The notes below the pieces were generated by a model. The model had not been told where the DNA came from. It did not search any database and saw only the letters and a program-made list of their open reading frames with translations. This document shows positions 1 to 10,531 of a DNA stretch of 19,219 nt, piece by piece. The translations under genes were made by a program, and so were the position numbers. This DNA comes from Fonticula alba ATCC 38817 (taxonomy: Eukaryota > Protista > Nucleariida). Positions within the stretch are counted from its first letter, which is position 1, and each line of letters opens with the position of its first letter. Location: the NCBI GenBank assembly GCA_000388065.2, contig KB932201.1; one strand, 5' to 3'.

Positions 1-50
1 CGCCGCCCGGGCCGTCGGGTCCCGGGACACCGAGCCGGCCGCACCCCGAG

Positions 51-485
51 ATGGGCTTCAGCCCACTGCGGGGCCCTGCGCCGGCCTTCCTGCCGGGCCC
101 TCCCCGGCCCTCCGACGGCGTGCCTTCGTTGCAGTTTTCCGGCCTGGCATCCTTCTTCCCGGGCCCCGAGGCCGCGCCGGGGCCCGGCACCTCTGCCGCA
201 TACAGGCCGCCATCGGTGTCCGGGTCGCCTCTCCTGTCGGGCTCGTCTCTGCTGTCCGGACTGGCATTGCTGCCCCGGCCAGCGGGGCAGACGCCCGGGG
301 CGCCGGCGCCAGCCGCGGAGCCGGTCACCTCCCGCCCGCATGGTGCTCCCCCGGGGGGTCCGGCGGGCCCCGGTGTGCCCATGATGCCCACTGCGGCGGT
401 GGCTTCCGCTGCCCACTCGCATGCGCCCGAGCCACCGGTCCCCCGAATGCTACCAGATCCCGGCCTGTCCACGGCCCCGGTCGCT

Positions 486-526
<41 letters not shown>

Positions 527-2021
527 TGGGCTCCCCACCGGGCTCGCATTGCCCGGTGGGCCGCTTGCATCGGACGTGCTGGCAGTGCTGGCATCGCCGG
601 CTGGGGCTGCTCCGCCATTTGCATCGGATTTCCCAGCCCCACCGGATATGCCACTCGCGTCGAGCCCACCCTCCATGCCTCCGGCCCCGCTGACCCCGGT
701 ATCACCGCGGGCTGGCAGCTTGCCGGCGGCGGCCGCGAGCGGCCCCGGGCCTGCAATGACACTTGTGCCTGTGCTGCCCTTGGCGTCTGCATCGCCCCAG
801 GTGCTCGGGCCACCACTCCCATCCGGCTGGCCGGCCGCGCCTGCCTCGCCAATCGGGCTTCCCCCGGCACTCGGGTACACATCGCCCTCGGCCTCTGCCT
901 CGGTGTTCACGTCTGCCCCGCACCTGGGGCCTGGGCACTTTGCTGCCTTTTCACCCCCGCCGGCGCTCCGGTCGCCCCCGGGGCCCGGGTCGTCGCCCTC
1001 GCCTGCCCCATTGTCCCCATCTGGCCCGGGGCCTGTGTCTGTTCCATTCATGGCCCCGATGTCGCCGATGATCCGTCTTCTGTCAATGGCCCCAGCTTCA
1101 CCGACAGGCCCCGGCCCGTCGGTGGCCCACTTGCCCCAGGCCCCTTCCTCTCCGCCGATGACCGGCTTGACGTCCATTGCTGCTGGCGCTGCTGGCGCCG
1201 CCTCGCCGATGGGCTCTTTTTCCTCACCGTCCCCGGCGCCAGGGTCGCCCTTCGCCTCGCCTGGCAACGCAGGCATGCTCCTGGCGCCCGGGCCTTCGGC
1301 AATGCCCGGGTCCCTGGCCAGCATGCCGTCTCAAGGTCCAGCAGGCCCCATGGTCGACTCGCTGCTGCCGACGATGCCATCGGCCTTTCTGGAGGCCATG
1401 ATGCTGGCGCCGGCTCCCGCCGCGAACATGCCGCCGATCCTGCCACCCGGCCCGTCGATGAGCCCGGTGCTTTTCCCCCCACAGTTGTCCCCCCCTGCCT
1501 CGCTGGTGGATCCCCCCCCTTCGACGCATCATGTCCCCCTGCCTGTGCCCCAGCCGCACTCGCACTCGCACTCGCACTCGCACTCGCACTCGCACTCGGG
1601 TCCAGGCATGCCGGCGGCCCTGGGCCTGCAGAGTGCGCCCTTCGGGACACAGCCCTCCATGCAGCCGGCCGTGCTGTCCCCGAACCAGCCCGCCACGCAG
1701 GGACAAATGGAGGTCGAAATGGCAGGCATCTACCAGACGCAACCCCCATGCGCCACGGTTCAGTGCCCTTCCCCCGGGAAGACCGAGTATTGGCACATGA
1801 AAATGCTGCTCTTGCAGCATCTGCATGAGCGAACCCTCAGCGAGCAGCAGCAACAGCAGCAGCAGCAGCAGGAGCAACAACAGCAACAACAGCAGCAGGA
1901 GCAACAACAGCAACAACAGCAGCAGGAGCAGCAACAGCAACAACAGCAACAGGAGCAACAGCAGCAGCAGCAGCTACAGCAGCAACTTCAGCAACAGCTG
2001 CTACAGCAGCTACAGCAACTT

Positions 2022-2053
<32 letters not shown>

Positions 2054-3396
2054 ACAGCAGCAGCAGCAACAGCAGCAGCAGCAACAGCAGCAGCAGCTAC
2101 AACAGTTACAACAGCTACAGCAGTTGCAGCAGCTACTGCAGCAGCAACAGGAACAGCAGTTGCAGCAGCTACTGCAGCAGCAACAGGAACAGCAGTTGCA
2201 GCAGCTACTGCAGCAGCAACAGGAACAGCATTGTCTGGAAAGCAGCTCGGCAGGGTCCCCTCAAATACAAACCGACGTCACGAGCACGGCCAACCCTGAG
2301 CATGACTCCGCTCCGGGGACCGGAGTGGCAGCCAAGCAGCCGCCCGCCGAACAGAAGGACAACCCGGCGGCCAAGCGTCGGCTGCCGGCCCTGGAGGATG
2401 TCTTTTCCGAACCCGACGACGCGGGGCTCTTCAAAACCGCCGACATGTTCCTGACTCCGGCGCAAAAGCGCCGGCGTGCGGCCCTGCTTCAGCTTCACCG
2501 GGAGGCCTTGAACCGCGAGTATGTCCCTGCCGGGTGGCATCCGGCCGACCCATGACCATGTGCTCGTCTCCCTGGATCTGGTCCTCTGACTCCCGCCCCC
2601 CGCCCCCCCCCCCCTTTCTGGCGATCTCTCACCCCCTGTGTCTGTCTGTGCGCTGGCAGCGCTCTGTTGGACATGAACCAGGGCAAAACCCAGCCGGCCT
2701 TCAAGCTGCTGCAGGAGTCGGCCCTGGCGGCGGCGCGTCGCGCTGCCCAAGTCACCACCCTGACGGACAGCCTGCAAGATGCCGCGCCTGCGTGCCTGCC
2801 CTGGCGGGGCTTTGCCCACTCGGACTTTTCTGATGGCTGCCTTGATGGCAAGTGCGCCGGTTGCCTGGCGGCCGGGTGCTCGCCAGGACAGGCCGGCCCG
2901 CCGGCAGCTGCTGGGCCGCCCGCCTGGCCGCTGGTTCGGCCCATCCCGACCCCGGAGGACCGCGGCTCCTGCCTTTCCCCCCCGCGCCCGGTGTCTCTGG
3001 TCAGCATCACTCGGTGGTGGCTGGCCGAGAAGAGCGCCGACCCTCGGTGGCAACCCTCGGCCAATGCCCTGCGGGTGCGTCCCGCCTTTTCGGTTCGGCC
3101 CACTCGCCCTTCGCGGTGGTTGCCTTGCTGACAGCTCTCGACTCGCTGCCTTTTTTTTTTTTTCGCGCGCCCTCCCCCCGGCCCCCCCCCCCCTGTCTTC
3201 CTCTCGCTGGGCGCCCGCCCACAATGTGAAGGTTGTTCGGCGGCTCCTTCCCGCGGCCCTGCCCCTCGAGGACCTGCTGGAGCGCTTCAACCAGCTGGCA
3301 TTGCGGTCGCGCCGGAGCCTGGAGGCACTGGCCTCCGCGCCGGGTGATGTGGCCATCTTGACAGCCCTGGATCTGGCCGACGCGCCTGTGTCCCTG

Positions 3397-3428
<32 letters not shown>

Positions 3429-3948
3429 CCCGGCAAGGCAGCTGCTTTTGGTGGATCGCACGGCGCCGCAGGCCGTGAGCGAGCTGCTGCTTGCCGAGCA
3501 CTGCCGACACGTGCTTCACACCTGGCTGGCCTCCTGGGCCGGGGACGGTGGGCTGCATGTGGCCCCGGCGCCAAGCCCGGAGCGTCCTGCCACCGGGCGA
3601 ATGGTTACCCGATCTGCCGCCAGTGCCGGGCCGCCGGCCGCCGCGGTGGAGGCGGCGACAACGGCCCCCGGTGACCCGGCCTCCGCCGAGGCGCCGGCCG
3701 CCTGCCCGTCGTCTTCCTCCGAGGATGATGATGGCCTGGGTGCGGAATTCTGGAACCTGTATGGCGGACTGCCGGAGGTCGGCCCGGCCGTGAGCTCCGG
3801 GTCCTTGCTGACCCCGCCGGATGCCGGCGGCTTGGCCTTCTATGCGCTGGTGGACCCGCCGACGGCCGCCTCCTTCCGGGCGCTGGTACTGGTGGGCCCC
3901 TCGGGCATCGGCAAGACGGCGGCGGTGTATGCCGCCTGTGCGGAGTTC
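51..3948 (+). CDS. ELG1: ELG1/ATAD5-like alternative RFC large subunit (PCNA unloader), 5' part: exons 51(or upstream)-2518, 2660-3074, 3232-3948
   Basis: The frame is open from the window start, so ATG 51 may not be the true start. Introns 2519-2659 (GTATGT..CAG) and 3075-3231 (GTGCGT..AAG) rejoin in phase (NR-D-ALLDMNQGK; ANALR-VVRRLL). Exon 3 ends LVLVGPSGIGKTAAVYAACAEF, with Walker A at 3895-3918 followed by the KTAAVYA signature of the ELG1/ATAD5 family, then donor GTGCGT at 3949. Attaching the Pro/Gln-rich first exon to this gene rests on splice phase only. Confidence 0.8.
486..525 (+). repeat. (GCC)n poly-alanine tract
   Basis: Read directly. Confidence 0.9.
1557..1598 (+). repeat. 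(CACTCG)7 encoding (His-Ser)7
   Basis: Read directly. Confidence 0.9.
1843..2226 (+). repeat. Coding CAG/CAA polyglutamine tract with higher-order units (QQQQQQQQE; LQQLLQQQQEQQ x3)
   Basis: Read directly; in frame with ORF 51-2555. Confidence 0.95.
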
Positions 3949-4036
3949 GTGCGTCCCAATGGCCGGGCCAGGTTCTTTGGCCGGCGTTTTCCGGCCATTC
4001 CCCCATGCTGACCGAGTGAGCGTCCCTCGCCCCCCC

Positions 4037-4046
4037 NNNNNNNNNN
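4037..4046. other. Scaffold gap (10 N)
   Basis: N run directly after gtccctcgccccccc, inside ELG1 intron 3. Confidence 0.98.
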
Positions 4047-4431
4047 GTGCCCCTTGCCACCTACATCGGCCGATGCTGGGAGGCTTCTTTTCGATGCTGG
4101 CAGACCGCGGCCTCCTTGGCACGGTCGTCAAAAGGGCAGGAAAGGCAATGGCAAAGAGGGTCGGCGAATGGGCAGGGTCCCGCATGGGGAGGTGAATTAA
4201 TGTACAAGCGTGTGCATGCGCCAGGTGAAGGAGGCAAAAAAAAAAGAAGGAGACGGAGAAAATGCACGAGAGAAAATGGGAGCCAGGGCAAGAGGTCGAA
4301 AGCCGGCGCCGCCCCGGCAGCTGCGCGGCGAAATGTGAGCAGGCCACAAAAAGGCGACGGGGGGACAGATCATCGGCGGCCGCCGCCAGGTGGCCGGGGC
4401 CTTCTTCGCCGATCCGGCGGCCGGGGCTCGG

Positions 4432-5002
4432 TCACTGGAAGCGATCCGGGGAGGCGATGTAGCCCACGCTGCCGGTTGGCGGAGCGACAATGCCGGCGCC
4501 AGCGCCGAGGTCGCTGCTGGACCGAAGTAGCGTGGCCCCCGGGGCCACAAGCGGCGGGGGAGGCGATTCAAGCCGAGCCAGCCGGGCCTCGAGCTCGGCC
4601 AGGCGCTCGCGGAGCTGGGCAGCCTCGCGCTCATGGGCTTCACAGCCCGAGCAAGGGGCGCGGTGCCGCGGGCTGGCGGCCGGAGAGTCGCCCTCCTGCG
4701 AGCCGATCGAGTCGAGGAGAAGCCTGCGCACGGGGAGGCCGGTAGGTAAGTTGGGGCATCCCGCCGGACCAGCAGATGGGCAGGGGGAGGCGGAGGCAAG
4801 GGGGCGCGGGCGATGCCACAGGAGGGCCGACGTACGGGATGGCATTCGCCGGGCGTTCCGAGTCATGCAGCGACACCAGCGCCGCGGCCAGGGCATTCAT
4901 GGCCCCGCTGGACTCCAAGTACCGGCGGAAGTTTTGCGTCGTCCGGGCATCCTGGGGCTCCTTGCTGGCATTCGGCCGAGAGGCGTGGGTCGGGGCGGAC
5001 AT
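4432..5002 (-). CDS. MYCBP: c-Myc-binding protein (MYCBP/AMY-1)-like, about 152 aa; exons 5002-4836 and 4723-4432
   Basis: MSAP...TQNFRRYLESSGAMNALAAALVSLHDSERPANAIP/LLLDSIG resembles the MYCBP core pattern FRRYLExSGxxxxLxxxLVxL...P.xA. Intron 4835-4724 (GTACGT..GCAG) rejoins in phase 2. Coiled coil EREAAQLRERLAELEARLARLE follows; stop at 4434-4432. A 5' exon further upstream cannot be excluded. Confidence 0.75.
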
Positions 5003-5745
5003 GCTCAACAGGGCGCCGGGAGGGCAAAAAGGGGAGGGAGGGGGGGGGGAGGGGCGAAGGGGGCGGGGCAGGGGGAAGGGCAGCGTGAGGGGGCAGGCAG
5101 GCGGTGGGGGCGCCACGGAGAGGGGCCTGGTGTGGGCCCCTGCTTTTCAGGGGCCCTGGCACGCGAGTCCGGCCCCGCCGAGATCGTGCAAGCCGGCCCC
5201 CCGTCGGCCATCTCCCGTAGCCCACCCTCCGGGCCGCCCGCCAGCCCCCCCGTGGGCCCGGGGGCGCGCTGTGTGGTATTTACCGCGCGGCATCGCGGCG
5301 TCCGCCACCCGCGCCCGCGCCCGGCGGCCCTCCTCTCGCGCTTCTTCGGGGAGCGGGCGAGCGACCTGCCCCCCCCCCCGGTCCCGCCCCTTTGCCCCGC
5401 CCTCCGGGGCAAGGCCCCCTCTGCTGGGCTGCCGCGCACGTCTGGGCACGCGGGTGGTGACATGGCAATCACATGACCCGGGTCAAGAAACGCTTTTTCA
5501 AATCCCTGCTCCCAACCGCAATCGGGGGTGGCGCGGGCGCCCGGGCGCGCGTCCCCCCACCGGTCCCCCGGCCGGCCGGATCTGGCCGTTGTGGGTGTCT
5601 TTTTCCCCAGGTGTCCCCGGCCGCGTCTTCTTCGGCCCCCGCGGTTGGCGAGCGTTGGCTAGCACGCCCGGCATCGGGTCCCTCTTCCTTCCCACGCCTG
5701 TGTTCCTGCCGCTGTCTTGCCACACCCTCGCCCCGGCCTGGCTCG

Positions 5746-5755
5746 NNNNNNNNNN
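5746..5755. other. Scaffold gap (10 N)
   Basis: N run directly before ccccctcgctccccc, the 3' half of lipase intron 10. Confidence 0.98.
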
Positions 5756-5871
5756 CCCCCTCGCTCCCCCGAAAACAATGTTCTGTTGGCATTTTCTCCT
5801 GCCGCTTTTCCTCTCCGCCCCCCGTGCCTAACGCCCGCTTCTCGCTCCTGCCACCGGGCGGGACACTGTAG

Positions 5872-6952
5872 CTGGTATGCCGACATTACGATTGTCCCGC
5901 CGGTTCAGTCCCTGCCATCGGCCTCGCACCCGTCGGACTTGGCGGCCCTGCTCCACAATCCGAAGTCGACGCACGTTCGAGCCCAGGCCCGCCGCGCCGA
6001 GCGGGCCACCTGGGCCAAGATCGAGTCGATCCGGGCATGCCTCTTTGTCGAGCGCGTGCTGGACTCGCTGCTGCGCGGTGTGCGCGAGGCCTGGGTCGCG
6101 GCGGCCCTGCCGGCCCCGGCCCTCTCATCTACTTCGGGCATGACCCCCTCTCACCGGGCCGCCCTCAAGGGCCGTGCGCCCTTCCCCCTGCTGGAGCCTG
6201 GCCATGGACACCACGGTACGCCAACCGGCCGGATGCGACTCTTTGCCCCCCCCCCCCCCCGCCCCTCCCTTCGCGGTCGCCCGCCTTGATCACGATCCTA
6301 AGCCCGTTTCCGCATTTGCTGGCGCTCCCTCCGGCGGGCAGATCGGCCCCGGCGATCAGCCCCCCGGCGCATGAAGCAGGCCGCATCGGTCCCCTCATCG
6401 CCCCCGCAGGGGCGCGCCTTCGCGACCGGCCCTCGACCGAGCGACCCGGCTCGCGTGTCACCGCATCGGCTGAACCCCGATGTGGCCATCCCCGGCGAGG
6501 GGCCGGCCATGCGGCTGGCGGTGCCTGTGGCAGCCTCGAGGCCGATGTCGGCGCTGGCGGCAGCCGCGGCCGCCGGGTCCTGGCACCCGAGGACCCTGAT
6601 CCGGAGGAACTCCCTCGACGCGCGGCCCACCACCCCCGGGGCCATTGTGCCCTATGGGACAGGCACCACGCCGCCGCTGAAGGGGCCCTCGCCGGCGCCC
6701 CGGGGGGCGTCCGCCTGGCTGGGCTCGCGCGCCGAGAGCCCGCCGCTGCGGTCCTACTGGCGTCCTCCCTCGCCGTCGGGCCGGCTGGCGGCCGAGTGCA
6801 CCATACAGGAGCTGACCCCGGGCGCGGAGCTGCTGCTTCTGCCCGAAGAGCCGGACCCCGAGTCCGGCCACCTCTCGGAGTTGGACACCGAGTCCTCGAC
6901 CAGCGGCGGGGGCAACACCACCGACACTGCCGGCACCGGCCTACGGTCCTGA
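5872..6952 (+). CDS. Same triacylglycerol lipase, terminal exons 11-12 (5872-6215, 6303-6952), positioned upstream of exons 1-10
   Basis: Branch point CTAAC 5828 and acceptor TAG 5871, then c-TGG: (N)WYADITIVPP...LLHNPK...RRAERATWAKIESIRACLFVERVLD, the conserved SDP1/TGL C-terminal block (W.GD.T..P...NP...G.R.TW.K...I...E..LD). It joins exon 10 in phase 2 (AA|C = Asn). Intron 6216-6302 (GTACGC..AAG) is in phase; stop TGA 6950-6952. All 12 exons total 2571 nt = 856 aa. Confidence 0.85.
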
Positions 6953-7205
6953 AGCCGCCGGTGGCGGTTCCTTGTTTCACATTTGGCACGCCCTCCTGCC
7001 GGCCATCGTGGCCCCATGGCCATCCTTTGCACAATCGACTGGGCGCCCGACTGTCGCTTCTGGGGCCGGGGCCGAGGGGGAGTCTGGAAAGGCGGGTGTA
7101 TTTCGGAACAAAGGCAGCATCGGGCGGGGGGGGGGGAGGCAGAGACAGGGAGCTTGGAGCCGCGAGCTACAGGGCGCAAGAAGCATGAGGGAACCAGGGT
7201 CAAGG

Positions 7206-7215
7206 NNNNNNNNNN
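7206..7215. other. Scaffold gap (10 N)
   Basis: N run between the lipase 3' end and the lipase 5' upstream region. Confidence 0.98.
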
Positions 7216-7578
7216 GGGCCGGCGGCGCGGATCATTGGAAGCTCCCTGGATGCGGGTGGGATCGCGCGCCAAGGCTTAGTCCGGCCCCCTCCCCCCCCCC
7301 CTGCCCGATGAAGGGGAAAAAAGAAAGCCCTAACCTGCACAGGGCGCCGCGAGCGTCGCCTTGCAGACACACCCCCACCCACTCCGACCGACACACCCTG
7401 CGCCCTGTTGCTCCCCGCCCCCCCCCCCCCTCCTCCCCCCCCCCACGTACACACCCTCACAGACACACGCATGCCCCGGCGGCAGGACACAGCCTTTCTC
7501 CCTTAGTTTGTCCCTCCCTCCTGCCCCTGCCGGCGTGCGGCCGTCCCCTCCTCCCCCTCTCCTGGTCCGGCCGCTGGC

Positions 7579-10033
7579 ATGTCCTCCTTTTTCTACTATT
7601 TGCGCCTGCTGCTGGATTTCCTCCGACTCCTGCTGCTCCACCACATCCGCCACCTGCTGGTACGTCGGCCACGTCTCCTCGCCCCTCTGTTGCCCAGTCC
7701 CTCGGTCCGCTGGCCGACGCTCACCCCCCCTCCCCCCCCCCACCTCCCTTCCCCATGCCCGTGCCGCCCCCTCGCCGGCATGATGCCACAGTTCCGCCTC
7801 TTTGGCACGGACCCCAAAAAGGAGCGTCTGAGCCAGCTGCACCGAGAGCTCGACCAGGTGGACACCTATGCCGGGTGGTTTGCCCTGGCCAATGAGATCG
7901 ATTCCCTGACAGGTCCGTGTTCCGGTGACCTATGCACGGCTCATCCATCGCTCTCTCTCTCTCTCTCTCTCTGTTCCCCTCGCGGACAGCCACACATCCA
8001 CACTCGACCATTATCTTGCACCGATCCCCAATGTTTGTCTCCATCTCCTCCCCCCCCCCCTCCCCTCCTCCTCTCTCACCTGCACGCCCCGGCGCATCCG
8101 GCCCATGACCCAAATCGCCCTGGCTCTCCTATCCAGGCGCGTCGGAGTGGCGGCTGGACCCGAGCTCCCCCCCGGGCCCGCCGCCGGCGGTCGCCCGGGA
8201 GGCAGCGGCTCGCGTGGACAACTGCCGGCGCCTGCGCAAGCAGGCAGCCGCCTCGAACGCCGCCCTACGAGCCACCCTCAAGCAGCATGAGCACTGCTGC
8301 CTGTCGAGTGCCGAGGCCGAGCTCCGCCCCGACGGGCCATACTGCGTGGAGGTGGTGCTGAGTGCGTCGCGCGCCTCCGAGCACGCGCAGCTCCTGCTGG
8401 CCGCCTTGCAGGGCGCCCTCGGTGCCCGGGACGTCGAACTGCTGTCGGCCCCGTGCCGCGGGGTGCTGAATGCGCCGAAGCTGTGGGTCAATGGTGCGTC
8501 CTGCCCGCGGCGCTCCTGTCCCCCCCTCCCCCCCTCCCCCCTGACCCGCCTCCCCTGTGTCGAGACTGACCGGCACCCAGCCTACCACTCGGAGATTTCC
8601 CGCTGCCTGCGCTTCCTCCTGGGCCCGAGTACCCCGCTGGCGGCCTTTCCGCTGGCGGCGCGGAGCGTGGCAGCTGCCGCGCTCAAAAAGGTGTCCGGCC
8701 GGACGGCCCTCATGCTGTCCGGCGGCGCGACGCTGGGTGTGTCATCCTCCGGCCTGGCGCCCCTTCCCGCTGTTTGTCCCCTGCCCCGGGGGGCCTCTGC
8801 CCTTCCCTTGCTGACTTGACCCCCTCCTGGCTGTGGAAGGCATGTACCATTTGGGCGTGGTGAAGGCCCTGCACGAGCAGGGGCTCCTGCCGCAGGTGGT
8901 GTCCGGCTCGTCGGCCGGTGCCCTGGTGGCGGCGCTGGTCTGTTCCAAGTGCGCCCCCTTCGCTCGCCTGCCCATGCCGGTGGCCGGGCCTCCACTAACC
9001 CCAGCTCCCGCGCGCTGCGCGCTCCGCATGCGCCACTCGGCACATCGCAGAACCGACGATGAGCTGCACTATGCCCTCGATCCGGACCTGCTGGATTTGG
9101 ACGCCTTCGAGCCGAAAACCCCCCGACTGCCGGAGTTGGACTCGGTGCAGGCGCTTGGCCCGTACTTGCGCACCCTGGCCAGCCGGTCGACGCTCATCCG
9201 GCGATTCGTCCGCCTGATCCGGACCGGGCGCTTCCTGGACATCAGCGTGCTGGCGGCCTGCATCCGAGCCAATGTCGGGGATTACACCTTCGCCGAGGCG
9301 TACGCCCGGACACGGCGAGTGCTGAACATCACCGTCAGCGGGGGTGTTGTCGGTGAGCCGCCACTCGTGCTGAACTACCTGACTGCCGGCGATGTGGTGC
9401 GCCGCTGCGCCGATGCGCCGGGCCGCGGTGCTTGATCTTCTCGGGGGAAGGGGCGGGCGCGGGAGGGGGGGGCGGGGGGGGGGGGGGGGGGGGGGCCTTT
9501 CTTCCACCTTCCTCCCCTTTGTGTTCACTTGCCGACCTCCTGCGCATGCGCTGACTCACGGCCCTTCGCAGCTTGTCTGGAGCGCGGCCTCGGCGTCATG
9601 CGCCATCCCCGGCGTTTTCAAGCCCATGCCGATTATGTCTCGCGGGGCCGACGGCCGGCAGACCCCCTGGCATCCAAGCGGTGCGCCTGCCCGGGCTGTC
9701 CCATTGGCTTTTCGAGGTGCCAGCCTCATGCCCTGTCCTCCGCGCTGACCCCGGTGCCTCCTTGCTCCATCCCCCCCCCCCCCTACTCCGCCCTTCTGTC
9801 GCCCTTTTGACCGGTCGAAGCTGCCCCGCGAGTCGATGGCAGCGTACAGCATGACCTGCCGGTGCAGCGCCTGCGCGAGCTCTTTGGCGTCACGCGCTGC
9901 GTCGCTTCGCAGGTCAATCCCCATGTCGCGGCCTCGCTTTGGGAATCGCCCAACTGTACGCGCCCGCCTTGATCCATCGCAATGGCCTGCCGAAGTTGCC
10001 TTCCTCCTCGCACATGCGCACATGCCCCCCCCC

Positions 10034-10086
<53 letters not shown>

Positions 10087-10388
10087 GCGCGCACATGTAC
10101 ACGCACGCATATGCCTCTCTTGGCGCTGGCAAGACTACTCCACGAGCCCCTCCCTTTTCCAGCGGCTCTTTTTGAATTTGCCGCGCCTGATCCACAGCGA
10201 AATGGTACACATCCTCAGCCAGGTACGCGCGACTTGACAGGCCACCAGCCCACCCGTGCATGCGCGGCCATTGACACCACCCTTTGGTCGACTTGGCCGG
10301 CCCCCGATCCCCAGCTGATCGAGCTCGACCTCTTTGGCGCTCGCACTGCCCGGTACCTCCTGTGGATTCACTCCTTCATGACGCAGAA
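7579..10388 (+). CDS. Patatin-like triacylglycerol lipase (SDP1/TGL3-4-5 family, DUF3336 + patatin), exons 1-10: 7579-7659, 7792-7912, 8137-8493, 8581-8736, 8840-8948, 9051-9396, 9572-9680, 9821-9955, 10134-10222, 10315-10388
   Basis: Motifs in order: hydrophobic N-terminus; TYAGWFALANEIDSLTG; GRTALMLSGGATLG (oxyanion); GSSAG nucleophile (8905-8919); TFAEAYARTRRVLNITVS; LNYLTA; LVWSAASASCAIPG; VDGS catalytic Asp (9835-9837); DLPVQRLRELFGV; SQVNPHV. All nine introns are GT-AG and phase-consistent. The segment ends FMTQ-AA at donor GTATGG (10389) with no matching downstream exon. Confidence 0.9.
7952..7971. repeat. (CT)n microsatellite in lipase intron 2
   Basis: Read directly. Confidence 0.8.
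10034..10092. repeat. Compound microsatellite (CT)n(CA)n(CG)n in lipase intron 8
   Basis: Read directly. Confidence 0.9.
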
Positions 10389-10400
10389 GTATGGCCCTGT

Positions 10401-10444
10401 CCCCCTCGCCCCCCTCGCCCCCCTCGCCCCCCTCGCCCCCCTCG

Positions 10445-10529
<85 letters not shown>
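10401..10529 (+). repeat. Five copies of ccccctcgc (10401-10445) running into an 85-nt poly-C (10445-10529)
   Basis: Read directly from the sequence. Confidence 0.95.

Positions 10530-10531
<2 letters not shown>

Noticed and set aside
1224-2454. Poly-Leu (antisense) and poly-Ser/Asn (alternative frame) ORFs
   Set aside because: Shadow frames of the CAG/CAA polyQ tract.
2852-3074. Possible intron starting at GTGCGC 2852
   Set aside because: The frame stays open with coding-like composition to the better-supported donor at 3075, and no branch/poly-C acceptor lies within.
5003-5283. Possible upstream MYCBP coding exon (ATGCCGCGCG|GTAAAT on minus)
   Set aside because: The donor does not match the local consensus and would be out of frame with the MYCBP core; at most a 5' UTR intron.
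8137-8180. Apparent frameshift in lipase exon 3 at a C7 run
   Set aside because: Recounting shows GASEWRLDPSSPPGPPP continues in frame with RVDNCRRLRK.
4047-10445. Transposon or mobile element interpretation of the insert in ELG1
   Set aside because: No transposase, terminal inverted repeats or clear target-site duplication; only housekeeping genes bounded by gaps and poly-C.
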